DNA of 64,000 bases, taken from the NCBI GenBank assembly GCA_964624145.1, contig CAZUXT010000002.1, forward strand, positions 86,020-150,019, in the 5' to 3' direction. The stretch is from an uncultured Eubacteriales bacterium (GTDB lineage: Bacteria; Acidobacteriota; Aminicenantia; Aminicenantales; Aminicenantaceae). The notes beneath the pieces are model-generated. The model saw nothing but the letters and a program-made list of their open reading frames with translations. It had not been told where the DNA came from and did no database searches. Below, piece by piece: positions 1 through 7,417 of this stretch (position 1 is the stretch's first letter; every line of letters begins with the position of its first letter). The translations under genes were made by a program, and so were the position numbers.

Positions 1-915
1 GCTCAGATTCATGAAGTTGAATCCAGCAATCAGGAGAACAAGAAAGGCAATGCCGGATAGAATATAAGAATGAGAAGGGGAGCTTTGCGGTTCAAGAACG
101 GAAGAAAAAGAATAGCTTTTAGCTCCCTTATGGTATTCGGCAAAAGGGAAGAGATAGTGGTTTCCTGTGACTCCTTTTTTCTTCAGGAATTTGTCAATTG
201 TTCCTTGAAATTTTGCCTGTAGTTCATGCGGATCCGTGTCTTTTCGCAAACGGATAAAACAGGCTGCGTCCAATCCGGTGTTCCATTGATCGATCTCAGA
301 TCCTTTGACTTGGAGGATTGGCAGGAGGAGGTCGAATTTCACGCTGGAGTTGGCCGGGATTTCCTGGGCTATTCCCGTGACTTCTAATTCAGAAGTCTCA
401 TCTTTGATTTTTATGGAAACCGTCTGTCCCATAGGATCCGTAATCCCGAAAAGAAGACGTGCTGCTTTTGTACTGAGAACGACAGAATTCGGGTTTTGCA
501 AAGCGGATCCGGCTTTCCCACGCACTAAAGGAAAACTGAAAACATCAAAGAAGGACGGATCTACCCCAATCCCTTTCTGTTTGAAAATTTTATCTCCATA
601 TTGGAGGATCAGATCAGTTGCCGTTAATCGAGTTGCCGCTTCCACTTCCGGGAAATTCGCAGCCAAAGTCACTGCCACCGGCCCTTGAGTTTCCAGAGAG
701 ACCTGGGGGCCGCCTGAATAGGTAATCACAGACTTGACTTCATAAATGGAATCAATATAAGCGTGAAAACGGTCGAAGGAAAATTCGTCACGAATAAAAA
801 AGAAAGCCAAAATACAAGCGGCCAGACCTACCGCAAATCCTCCGATATTTATAATGGCCAGTCCTTTGCGACGCCTGATATGCCGCCATATTAATTTTAC
901 ATATTCCTTGATCAT
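1..915 (-). CDS. ABC-transporter permease, FtsX/MacB-like (first ~305 codons; 3' end lies beyond window start)
   Basis: Absent from the ORF track because it runs off the edge. Reverse-strand ATG at 915-913 opens MIKEYVKLIWRHIRRRKGLAIINIGGFAVGLAACILAFFFIRDEFSFDRFH... This is the same N-terminal signature (MIKxYxKxxxRxxxRxK, then TM1, then a periplasmic domain) as the permeases at 7418-9787 and 62136-64000. The frame stays open to base 1. Confidence 0.8.
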   Translation of the reverse strand, partial: MIKEYVKLIWRHIRRRKGLAIINIGGFAVGLAACILAFFFIRDEFSFDRFHAYIDSIYEVKSVITYSGGPQVSLETQGPVAVTLAANFPEVEAATRLTATDLILQYGDKIFKQKGIGVDPSFFDVFSFPLVRGKAGSALQNPNSVVLSTKAARLLFGITDPMGQTVSIKIKDETSELEVTGIAQEIPANSSVKFDLLLPILQVKGSEIDQWNTGLDAACFIRLRKDTDPHELQAKFQGTIDKFLKKKGVTGNHYLFPFAEYHKGAKSYSFSSVLEPQSSPSHSYILSGIAFLVLLIAGFNFMNLS

Positions 916-1038
916 CGCATACCTCCAGTTAAACAGGAATCTACAGAAGCTCAAAAACCATAACACTAATAAGACCGGAAAATAACAAGAAAGGTTACAT
1001 TATTTTAGAAATTGAATATCCCCCTTTTTTTTAATATT

Positions 1039-2781
1039 ATGAATGCTGGCAGAAGAACAGTGAGCTCACAAAAGAAATTCGCGAAGGATTTTTATGAGAT
1101 CCAGCGCCGACAATGGCAGAAAAGCCTTTTCTTGCTCCTTATCCTGTTTGTGTTCTATTTTTTTCTGGTAGGATTCGTGTCCTTTATTTTTATGATAAGC
1201 ATAGGACTGTTCGTGCCGGGGCTCTCTCTTTTTGCCGGAGATAACCTGAAAAATTTTTTTCTTGTAAACTTTTTCTTATCCATGGGGATAGCGGTTTTTC
1301 ATTTTTACGATGCCCGTTTCCACGGCGCTCGATTCATACGGAAAAGGCTGCTGGCTGAATCCCCGGATAAAGAGGACATCTACCACAAAAGGCTCATCAA
1401 CACCGTGGATGAGATGCGTCTTGCTGCGGGCCTTCCCAGGGTTACTCCTTATATTATTTCCGCTTTTGCGGTCAATTCCATGGCCCTTATGGAAGCGGAT
1501 AAAAGCCCCAGCATCATCGTAACCGAGGGGCTGCTGGCTGAGTTTACCAGAGACGAGCTTCAGGCTGTGATCGCTCAGGAATTGGCCCATATCATCCGGG
1601 GCGATACTTTTTATATCACTCTTGTGTGCTCACTGGCTAATTTTTTTGAGCGCCTGCGGGAGATGGCCGAGCCTCAGGAAAGGCCTCAGGGTCAGATCGG
1701 AGAGATCCAGGATTCAGGCGGCGGAAATCCTCTGGTCTATGCGGCGACTTCCCTGTCATCTGTTTTGATGCATCTTCTGAGCACGCTCGTCAGCCGTCAG
1801 AGAGAGCTCCTGGCAGATGCTACAGCCGTTGAACTAAACAGAAATCCCGCGGCCCTGGCCCGGGCTATCTACAAAGCCCATGTAAGCAACTCTTTTATAG
1901 GAGACTTCAGTCTTTCCTACAGCCCGCTTTTTTTGGTGCCTCCCGGATCAAAGAACATCACGGACGGGCTGTTCAGCCGGATCTTCAATTCACACCCCCC
2001 GCTTATGAAAAGAATCCGGCAGCTGGCGGACATGGTCCCGACATCTCCGGCAAGAATTATTGGTGCGGTCATGGAAACCAGAAAAAAGAGGGAAAAAGCC
2101 CGATTTGTTCTTCATTCTAAAGAAGAAAAAGAATCCGGAGGGCAAAAGATACCAGCCGCATCGGATGATATCCAGCCGGAAGAGGAGGCCGTATGGTCTG
2201 TCCGGAGCCCTAAAGGGAAATGGCAGGGGCCTTACACACTGGAACAGATCCTGTCCCTGCGTTTTTTTACCCTACGGATCAGGACAAAAAACATTCAGGA
2301 AGGCATCGAGGCCACGGCCGGAGAGTTCCCTCAGATCCGTACGGGCCTTCACAATCTGTACCATAAAAAGCCTGTCAATCCGAAAAGATACAACAAATGC
2401 CCGCGCTGCCGGACGCTGCTTAGAGACACCTTCTATGAAGGCGTGGCCTTGAAAATTTGCCCTTCCTGCCAGGGCAAGCTTGTTGATTCGGCTGTGATTG
2501 ACCGGATTATTGCCCGCAAAGAAGTCGCCTTCTCTGACCGTCTCCTTCAAAAAGCCGCTGACTTTAGAGAGAATTTTTTACAGAATCCGGCCGGAATCAG
2601 GAAGCTCAACAGGGAGAAATCTCAGGACATATACTGCCCCATATGCGGCTTGAAAATGCAGCCAAGGCCTTTCACGTATCAGTATATCATTCCTGTAGAT
2701 AAATGCTTTCTGTGCCATAAGACCTGGTTTGACACAGATGAGCTGGAGATCCTGCAGATCCTTATCGAAAAGCACTCTTAG
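1039..2781 (+). CDS. M48 (HtpX/Ste24-like) peptidase-fold membrane protein with C-terminal GYF-like module and two TFIIB-type zinc ribbons; first zinc-ligand His replaced by Gln
   Basis: ORF 1012-2781; I prefer ATG 1039 over TTG 1012. The N-terminus is TM-rich. M48 core: VIAQELAHIIRGD (CAG Gln codon at 1576-1578 where HExxH has His), SRQRELLADATAVEL (distal Glu region), NSHPPLMKRI. Downstream: WSVRSPKGKWQGPYTLEQIL (GYF-like), then CPRC...CPSC and CPIC...CFLC...WFDTDEL zinc ribbons. Confidence 0.75.
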   Translation: MNAGRRTVSSQKKFAKDFYEIQRRQWQKSLFLLLILFVFYFFLVGFVSFIFMISIGLFVPGLSLFAGDNLKNFFLVNFFLSMGIAVFHFYDARFHGARFIRKRLLAESPDKEDIYHKRLINTVDEMRLAAGLPRVTPYIISAFAVNSMALMEADKSPSIIVTEGLLAEFTRDELQAVIAQELAHIIRGDTFYITLVCSLANFFERLREMAEPQERPQGQIGEIQDSGGGNPLVYAATSLSSVLMHLLSTLVSRQRELLADATAVELNRNPAALARAIYKAHVSNSFIGDFSLSYSPLFLVPPGSKNITDGLFSRIFNSHPPLMKRIRQLADMVPTSPARIIGAVMETRKKREKARFVLHSKEEKESGGQKIPAASDDIQPEEEAVWSVRSPKGKWQGPYTLEQILSLRFFTLRIRTKNIQEGIEATAGEFPQIRTGLHNLYHKKPVNPKRYNKCPRCRTLLRDTFYEGVALKICPSCQGKLVDSAVIDRIIARKEVAFSDRLLQKAADFRENFLQNPAGIRKLNREKSQDIYCPICGLKMQPRPFTYQYIIPVDKCFLCHKTWFDTDELEILQILIEKHS

Positions 2782-2784
2782 TGA

Positions 2785-2880
2785 GGCATAGAATTCCAGA
2801 AGAAATGGCTCATAATAATGGAAAAGTACGCTGTAAAAAACTGTGCGTTCCAGATGACTTTGACGGTAGACCCTGCTCAT
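2785..2880 (-). pseudogene. 5' remnant (~32 codons) of an IS91-family (Y2/HUH rolling-circle) transposase gene
   Basis: The start of ORF 2578-2880 reads MSRVYRQSHLERTVFYSVLFHYYEPFLLEF. This parallels the N-terminus MAEIYRQRHPERTVFYREVF of the larger IS91-like ORF at 5919-6602 (about 50 nt of recognisable DNA similarity). The similarity is lost where the ORF runs into the 3' end of the M48-like gene (stop at 2781). Confidence 0.45.
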
Positions 2881-3051
2881 GGCAGGGACAGTGATTCAAT
2901 AAATGTGCCAAGAAGAAGAAAAGATTATGTTTCTCTATTCACAGCTAAACTTGATAAGACTAGAGAAAGAAATTTGTAAACGGCAGTTTGCACCAAAAAG
3001 CAAAACACAAATTTCAATGGTTAATTTTTATAGGAAATAAGGGAATGTCTA

Positions 3052-5043
3052 TTACTCGCTTCCTGTGCTTAGCAATTGGGTTATTTTATTAACAATCTCT
3101 TCTAAAGTATTTATTCTGTACCCTCTTTCATACACTATTTCAATAAATCGAGATGCCCCCTCGATATTTTTGCACGCACGATCAGTACGATCATAGCCTA
3201 GCTCATTGGCCACTTCTTGTTGGGTATTTCTTAAAACATCTTCACCTAAAGCTTCTTTGAATATTCCTTCCAAATTTTCCTTAAATACAGCCCAGGTTTC
3301 TTCGACTTTTGTTTCTGGAAAATCCTCAATATCAGAATTTGCTAACCGGAGATATCTATGATTTCGGATTCTCGCACCCACTCTTCCTTGTCCTTCAAGA
3401 TGCGAATCGCCGTCAAAAATAAAATATGTGGGTATAGATAATCCTCTAAAAATTAACACTGGGCGGTCTATATTGTTCTTTCCTCCCGCAGGAACGACTA
3501 CTATTCCTAGTGCGTGCCAGTTCTTTTCCATTATTTCTTGAAGCTTCCATAATGTGCAAACATCTGAGGGCCCTTCTACTACAACTACAGCATCCGCAAA
3601 AAATCCTTCATTTACTATCGTATTCATTACTGACATTGCTCGTGCCTTAAAGCTTTCTCTAGTGAAACCCGCCGGATCTGCATTATTAATTCTGGCAAGC
3701 TCGTTTGCTGCTTCCTCCAGGGAATAATTTCTAACTTTGCTTTGAAGAATGGGAGAGTCAGGGGACGTTTTTTTTCTTACCATACGAACTTGGTCAAATC
3801 GATGTAAATCTAAAAAATAAGGAGTATGAGTCGTGTAAATAATTTGATTGCTCGCACCAAGGCCAAATTCTGGTGATTCAGCAAGTTGGAGAAGTAGACC
3901 TGATAAATATCGACACCGAGAAGGGTGAAGATAAAGTTCTGGTTCTTCAAAGGCAATTATAAGGTCAGGCCCTTGGGATGAATCAACTTCAGTGAAAGGT
4001 GCTTCCTCCCCATCTTCTTCTGAAACAGCTTCTGTAGGAATTGTCATCGCAAGATGCTGAAGTAAAGTTACGATTAATGCTCTTTGGAGTCCGTGGCCTT
4101 TACGAGTGATTTCCCCTTCAAATCTATCCTCAACTAAGGTTGCTTTAGCAACTGGAAGTGGAATCTGAGGTGGTTTCACTTCATCCCAACCAAGGTTAAG
4201 CCGCGATCCAGGTGCAAATTTTTCAAGAGTTTGCGAAATAGAACTTCCGAGCTCTGGGAGTTCTGTTAGATTTTCAGAACTATAAATCTCTATCATTCGA
4301 TTTTCGAAATCTGTCTTGAACTCTCTAACATCTTCCCTAGCATTTATTTTCCTCAATACAATCATATCCAAAATTTGTAATATAGCACCCTTCTTACCAA
4401 TAACCTCTTCCTCCGCCTCTCTTACAGCAGGAATCAGAACAAATTTTGTAAAATTATCTAGCTTTCCCCCTCCAATATTTTTGGGGCCAAAAAACTGCTC
4501 CAATCGCTCTATTGGCTCCATCATATCTTGATTAAAGGCCTCATATTCAGCCATCAATTGTTCTACTTGATCTGCACTGCGAACAGTTCCTTCAAGTCCA
4601 TCTAATTCACCTCTCTCAACTAATTCTCTCCAGGCAGACACTCGTTCTCCTTTTCCAGGAAGACTTCTAATTTCAGCAAATTGAGGAATCTGTAATGCAG
4701 CCGCATAATAGCGTTGACTTATGCGATTTTCATCAAAACAAATCCGTTTAGTGACGATTAATCTGTCATCCCGAATGTATGTTTGAAATTCTTCTTTTTC
4801 ATCTTCACGCAGGTTGCCATAAGTAATGCGAATTTCAATAGCGCTACCAGTATCTCGGTTAAAAAAATCTTCTTCTGTAATAGGTGCTGCTATGTCATAG
4901 AAAACATCAATTGCATAAAGAAATGATGACTTGCCGGCTCCATTCCGTCCAACGATAGCAGTGAGACTATCACAGTCCAACGTTGATTCACGGATTGACC
5001 GAAAATTTTTGACTTCGATTCTTTCAATGATCAAATCGATCAC
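3052..5043 (-). CDS. OLD-family ATP-dependent endonuclease (ABC-type ATPase + TOPRIM)
   Basis: 663 aa. Walker A GRNGAGKSS (4924-4950), signature-like GHGLQR, Walker B/D-loop LIIAFEEPELYLHP, H-loop TTHTP. C-terminal TOPRIM: VVVVEGPSD (~3561-3590) and FIFDGDS (~3404-3424). The start is GTG 5043; a TTG at 5034 preceded by a GGGGGG run is an alternative. Confidence 0.85.
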   Translation of the reverse strand: MIDLIIERIEVKNFRSIRESTLDCDSLTAIVGRNGAGKSSFLYAIDVFYDIAAPITEEDFFNRDTGSAIEIRITYGNLREDEKEEFQTYIRDDRLIVTKRICFDENRISQRYYAAALQIPQFAEIRSLPGKGERVSAWRELVERGELDGLEGTVRSADQVEQLMAEYEAFNQDMMEPIERLEQFFGPKNIGGGKLDNFTKFVLIPAVREAEEEVIGKKGAILQILDMIVLRKINAREDVREFKTDFENRMIEIYSSENLTELPELGSSISQTLEKFAPGSRLNLGWDEVKPPQIPLPVAKATLVEDRFEGEITRKGHGLQRALIVTLLQHLAMTIPTEAVSEEDGEEAPFTEVDSSQGPDLIIAFEEPELYLHPSRCRYLSGLLLQLAESPEFGLGASNQIIYTTHTPYFLDLHRFDQVRMVRKKTSPDSPILQSKVRNYSLEEAANELARINNADPAGFTRESFKARAMSVMNTIVNEGFFADAVVVVEGPSDVCTLWKLQEIMEKNWHALGIVVVPAGGKNNIDRPVLIFRGLSIPTYFIFDGDSHLEGQGRVGARIRNHRYLRLANSDIEDFPETKVEETWAVFKENLEGIFKEALGEDVLRNTQQEVANELGYDRTDRACKNIEGASRFIEIVYERGYRINTLEEIVNKITQLLSTGSE

Positions 5044-5071
5044 CCCCCATATAATTTAAAAATATACTCTT

Positions 5072-5677
5072 TTAACATCTCTTAAGCGCGATATTCCAAG
5101 GAGGATTACAAGCCCATATCAGTCGCGCTTCAATTCGTTCAATATCTTCTTTATCTTCCATGATATGAAGCCAAAGGGATATGTCTTTTTTGTGTTCAGT
5201 TATTAGGGTATTCAAATGACAATTCGTTGCTTGACCATCCAAGTAACAATTTTTCGGATGGATTTTCCCATACCCTTGGTTAATTCTTTTTTTCATAGAG
5301 TCAGTGGAGCGACCTACATATGTAATTTGTTCAAATAATGTATAGATGTAAATTCCTTTTTTATTAAGAATGGATTCATCAGTTATAAAAAATTTCGAAT
5401 ATTCAGAATCACCGTATTTATTAAGAAAACGTTTATAATCGTCATCCCCACTTTGCTTAAGAAAGACAAGAAATTTTCCAAGTGGCCAATCTAGAAATTT
5501 TGAGTAATGGCGAAAAGTATCCTCTTTTAATTTTTCATACCTATAATGTTCTAATGTAGTTTTAACAGTCTTGTTATTCTTATCCTTAAACACATCTGTA
5601 TAAATACCGGCTTCGAACGATAGGGGGACTGCGACAAAGTCATATTCTAGTTCTTTTCCGTCACATAAAAACTCCAT
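5072..5677 (-). CDS. GIY-YIG nuclease-domain protein with unassigned ~100-aa N-terminal domain
   Basis: 201 aa. GIYIY-x-YVGRS (GIY-x9-YVG, 5309-5356), then R in KKRINQ, E in ERIEARLI and N in PPWN, the canonical GIY-YIG residue order. Same strand as the OLD gene and 28 nt upstream of it. There is no Shine-Dalgarno; the ATG lies 2 nt after the stop of a uORF. Confidence 0.75.
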   Translation of the reverse strand: MEFLCDGKELEYDFVAVPLSFEAGIYTDVFKDKNNKTVKTTLEHYRYEKLKEDTFRHYSKFLDWPLGKFLVFLKQSGDDDYKRFLNKYGDSEYSKFFITDESILNKKGIYIYTLFEQITYVGRSTDSMKKRINQGYGKIHPKNCYLDGQATNCHLNTLITEHKKDISLWLHIMEDKEDIERIEARLIWACNPPWNIALKRC

Positions 5678-5679
5678 AG

Positions 5680-5754
5680 CTAGATACTTATGTCAAATTC
5701 TGAAAGGATAAGAAATTCGTTTCTCTTTTGCTGCTGATTTTCACTCCATTTCAT
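5680..5754 (-). other. Chimeric 24-codon uORF (first ~9 codons identical to the permease-prefix ORF at 10033) ending 2 nt before the GIY-YIG start
   Basis: The reverse strand reads ATG AAA TGG AGT GAA AAT CAG CAG CAA..., giving MKWSENQQQKRNEFLILSEFDISI*. The stop TAG is at 5682-5680 and the GIY-YIG ATG at 5677. It lies inside repeat copy A. Confidence 0.4.
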
Positions 5755-5852
5755 CAAATTCCCATCCTCTAAGCGGCTTCATCACTCATCACATATGTAA
5801 AATAACGGACAAGTCAACAAGACACCCACAAAAAGAAGAGAATATCAGAAAA
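5728..5852 (-). repeat. Repeat copy A: duplicate of the permease-prefix promoter, 5'UTR and first codons
   Basis: Base-by-base comparison with 10007-10131 at a constant offset of 4279 shows no indels and 4 mismatches in 125 bp (5792, 5794, 5823, 5841). Weaker similarity continues down to ~5690 (matching ~9969). Confidence 0.9.
5788..5817 (-). promoter_or_regulatory. Putative sigma-70 promoter inside copy A (TTGACT-N18-TGTGAT), weakened -10 relative to copy B
   Basis: On the reverse strand, TTGACT is at 5817-5812 and the -10 hexamer TGTGAT at 5793-5788. Two of the four A/B mismatches fall in or next to this hexamer (copy B has TATGAT). Confidence 0.35.
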
Positions 5853-5918
5853 TCAGTGTAATAGTGCCACGCAAAGAATAGAGATTACCCTTGGCCCCTT
5901 AATTAGGGGATTAGGATA

Positions 5919-6602
5919 TCATATATATTCTGATAGTTCCTCAGCCGCCATAGAGAGCTGAGCCTGAGGAGGCGGGGGCCGGGCAGCCTTAAAGGTCAGA
6001 TTAAGGTGTTTGATGATCTTATCTATGATATTGTGATCTTCAATAAATGAGACAATGCGCATGGTTCCCCCGCATTTTGGACAGATGAGAGGATCAGCTT
6101 CATAGACTTTCTTTATCATCTCAGCCCAACCTTTGGAAGGTATAAAGGGATCTTCATCTTCAATAATAAGGGGACACAAAGGGTCGGATTCTTTTTTTCT
6201 CATCTTTCCCCTGTGGGCATTGGAATAAAGCCCATAGTAACGAATCGTGACCTGTCCCTTATCGGGAATATGGAAGGTGACTCTGGCAATAAACTCCAGA
6301 TAATCGATCCGCTCAAGCTCTGAGCTGTCTTTGCCGTATTGATAGCACACTTTACCTTCAGATTTATCAATAGATAGCCGCTTGAGCGAAAGGAGAGGTT
6401 TTATCATGTATTTGCCGACTCTTTCTGCTTCTGTCTTTGTTGTGATTCTGACCTTACTGTGCACATTGAAGCCTGTATGACGCCAGCTGAGGATCTTTTT
6501 CACGAGTTCCAGGTTGATGAGTCCTTCGCGCAGTAACATGGAAAACACCTCTCGATAGAAAACAGTGCGTTCCGGATGACGCTGACGATAAATCTCTGCC
6601 AC
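5919..6602 (-). mobile_element. IS91-family (Y2_Tnp-like) transposase gene, internally deleted and probably non-functional
   Basis: 227 aa where intact members are ~400 aa. The N-terminal ~20 aa (RQRHPERTVFYREVF) run directly into the C-terminal half: LSWRHTGFNVH, YMIKPLLSLKRL, EFIARVTFHIPDKGQVTIRYYGLYSNAHRGK, CPKCGGTMRIVSFIED. The zinc-binding and HUH regions are not visible. GTG start. Confidence 0.7.
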
Positions 6603-6859
6603 AGCAGAGATAAAGATTCATAAAACAGACCAGAACGAAACAGGGGGCCTCAAAGACTAAATTTTCCCTGGAAGCAACAAGATGAAGTATCAGGCCTTCT
6701 TCATTAGATTGGAAACAGGAGTTGTCAGAAATGATATTAATATGACGCCTGCTGTTTACGGCTCTTCTCTTTAATGAAGGGATACTAAATATTAATTCCA
6801 GATGTGCTCATCTTTAGATCGGGGCTTCACACCTCGGGATATCTTTGCCCGTAGAACAA

Positions 6860-7207
6860 TTATGCTCGGAAGGCCTCTTTGACAACATCTTTCGTGATTC
6901 TGTTATTTTTTGCAACCTCTGCAGCAATCTCTAATGAATTGAGCGCACGACGCGCATCTCCATTGGCATAGTCGATCAGCATTTTTAGGGCAAGACTATC
7001 GATTTTAATGCGGCGATTTCCAAGTCCTCTTATTTTGTCGATCAAGGCCTCTTTGATAATGCGGACAAGGGTGTCTTCAGAAAGCGGATTGAGCAGGAGA
7101 ACCCGCATACGTGAAAGAAGTGGGGAGATGACTTCAAAGGATGGATTCTCGGTAGTGGAACCAAAGAGAATAATAGAGTGCTTGCATCCAATACCAGAGA
7201 CCTGCAC
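6860..7207 (-). pseudogene. rarA: Internal fragment of the replication-associated recombination protein A gene (RarA/MgsA AAA+ ATPase)
   Basis: SIILFGSTTENPSFEVISPLLSRMRVLLLNPLSEDTLVRIIKEAL...GDARRALNSLEIAAEV matches the central RarA block (ATTENPSFE...LLSR...GDARRALN). The Walker A N-terminus and the C-terminal domain are both missing. Confidence 0.8.
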
Positions 7208-7352
7208 GGAGAGGACTAAATTCCTTTACTTTAGCAGCATAAATTTCGTAAAAATCACCCATCGCAGAATAGCTGATGTCTCTATCGATAATGTGTTTAA
7301 GAATCCATCGTGCCGGTTTAGGTGGATTATAATTTTTACTAACCTCTTTCAT
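7178..7352 (-). pseudogene. Truncated permease-prefix (ADOP leader) fragment fused to the rarA fragment
   Basis: MKEVSKNYNPPKPARWILKHIIDRDISYSAMGDFYEIYAAKVKEFSPLRAGLWYWMQAL parallels the prefix ORF at 9797-10036 (LARWVLKRIIDRDISYAAMGDFDEIYAVKIKK...AAWYWLQVI). Similarity stops near ~7178, where rarA-like coding begins in another frame. No permease follows. Confidence 0.55.
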
Positions 7353-7417
7353 TTTGTCTATTTCTATCCTTACTTTTACACAATTGATAATTGACAATTG
7401 ATCAATGATCATTGATT

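Noticed and set aside
305-688. 127-aa plus-strand ORF
   Set aside because: It is antisense to the edge-truncated FtsX permease (1-915), whose translation is clearly homologous to two other permeases in the window.
3052-5677. Assigning the OLD gene to Gabija, PARIS or a retron system
   Set aside because: There is no UvrD-like helicase, no separate TOPRIM protein and no reverse transcriptase or msr/msd-like structure within or next to the cassette. The ATPase and TOPRIM are fused and the neighbour is a GIY-YIG protein.
5895-5909. Hairpin CCCCT-taatt-AGGGG just downstream of the IS91-like stop, considered as an oriIS/terminator
   Set aside because: The stem is only 5 bp, and I could recognise no similarity to IS91/ISCR ori consensus. 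The evidence is insufficient.
5919-6602. Calling this an intact, active transposase/IS
   Set aside because: It has only 227 aa, with the N-terminus joined directly to the C-terminal half and no HUH or zinc-binding region visible. I could not identify the element ends.
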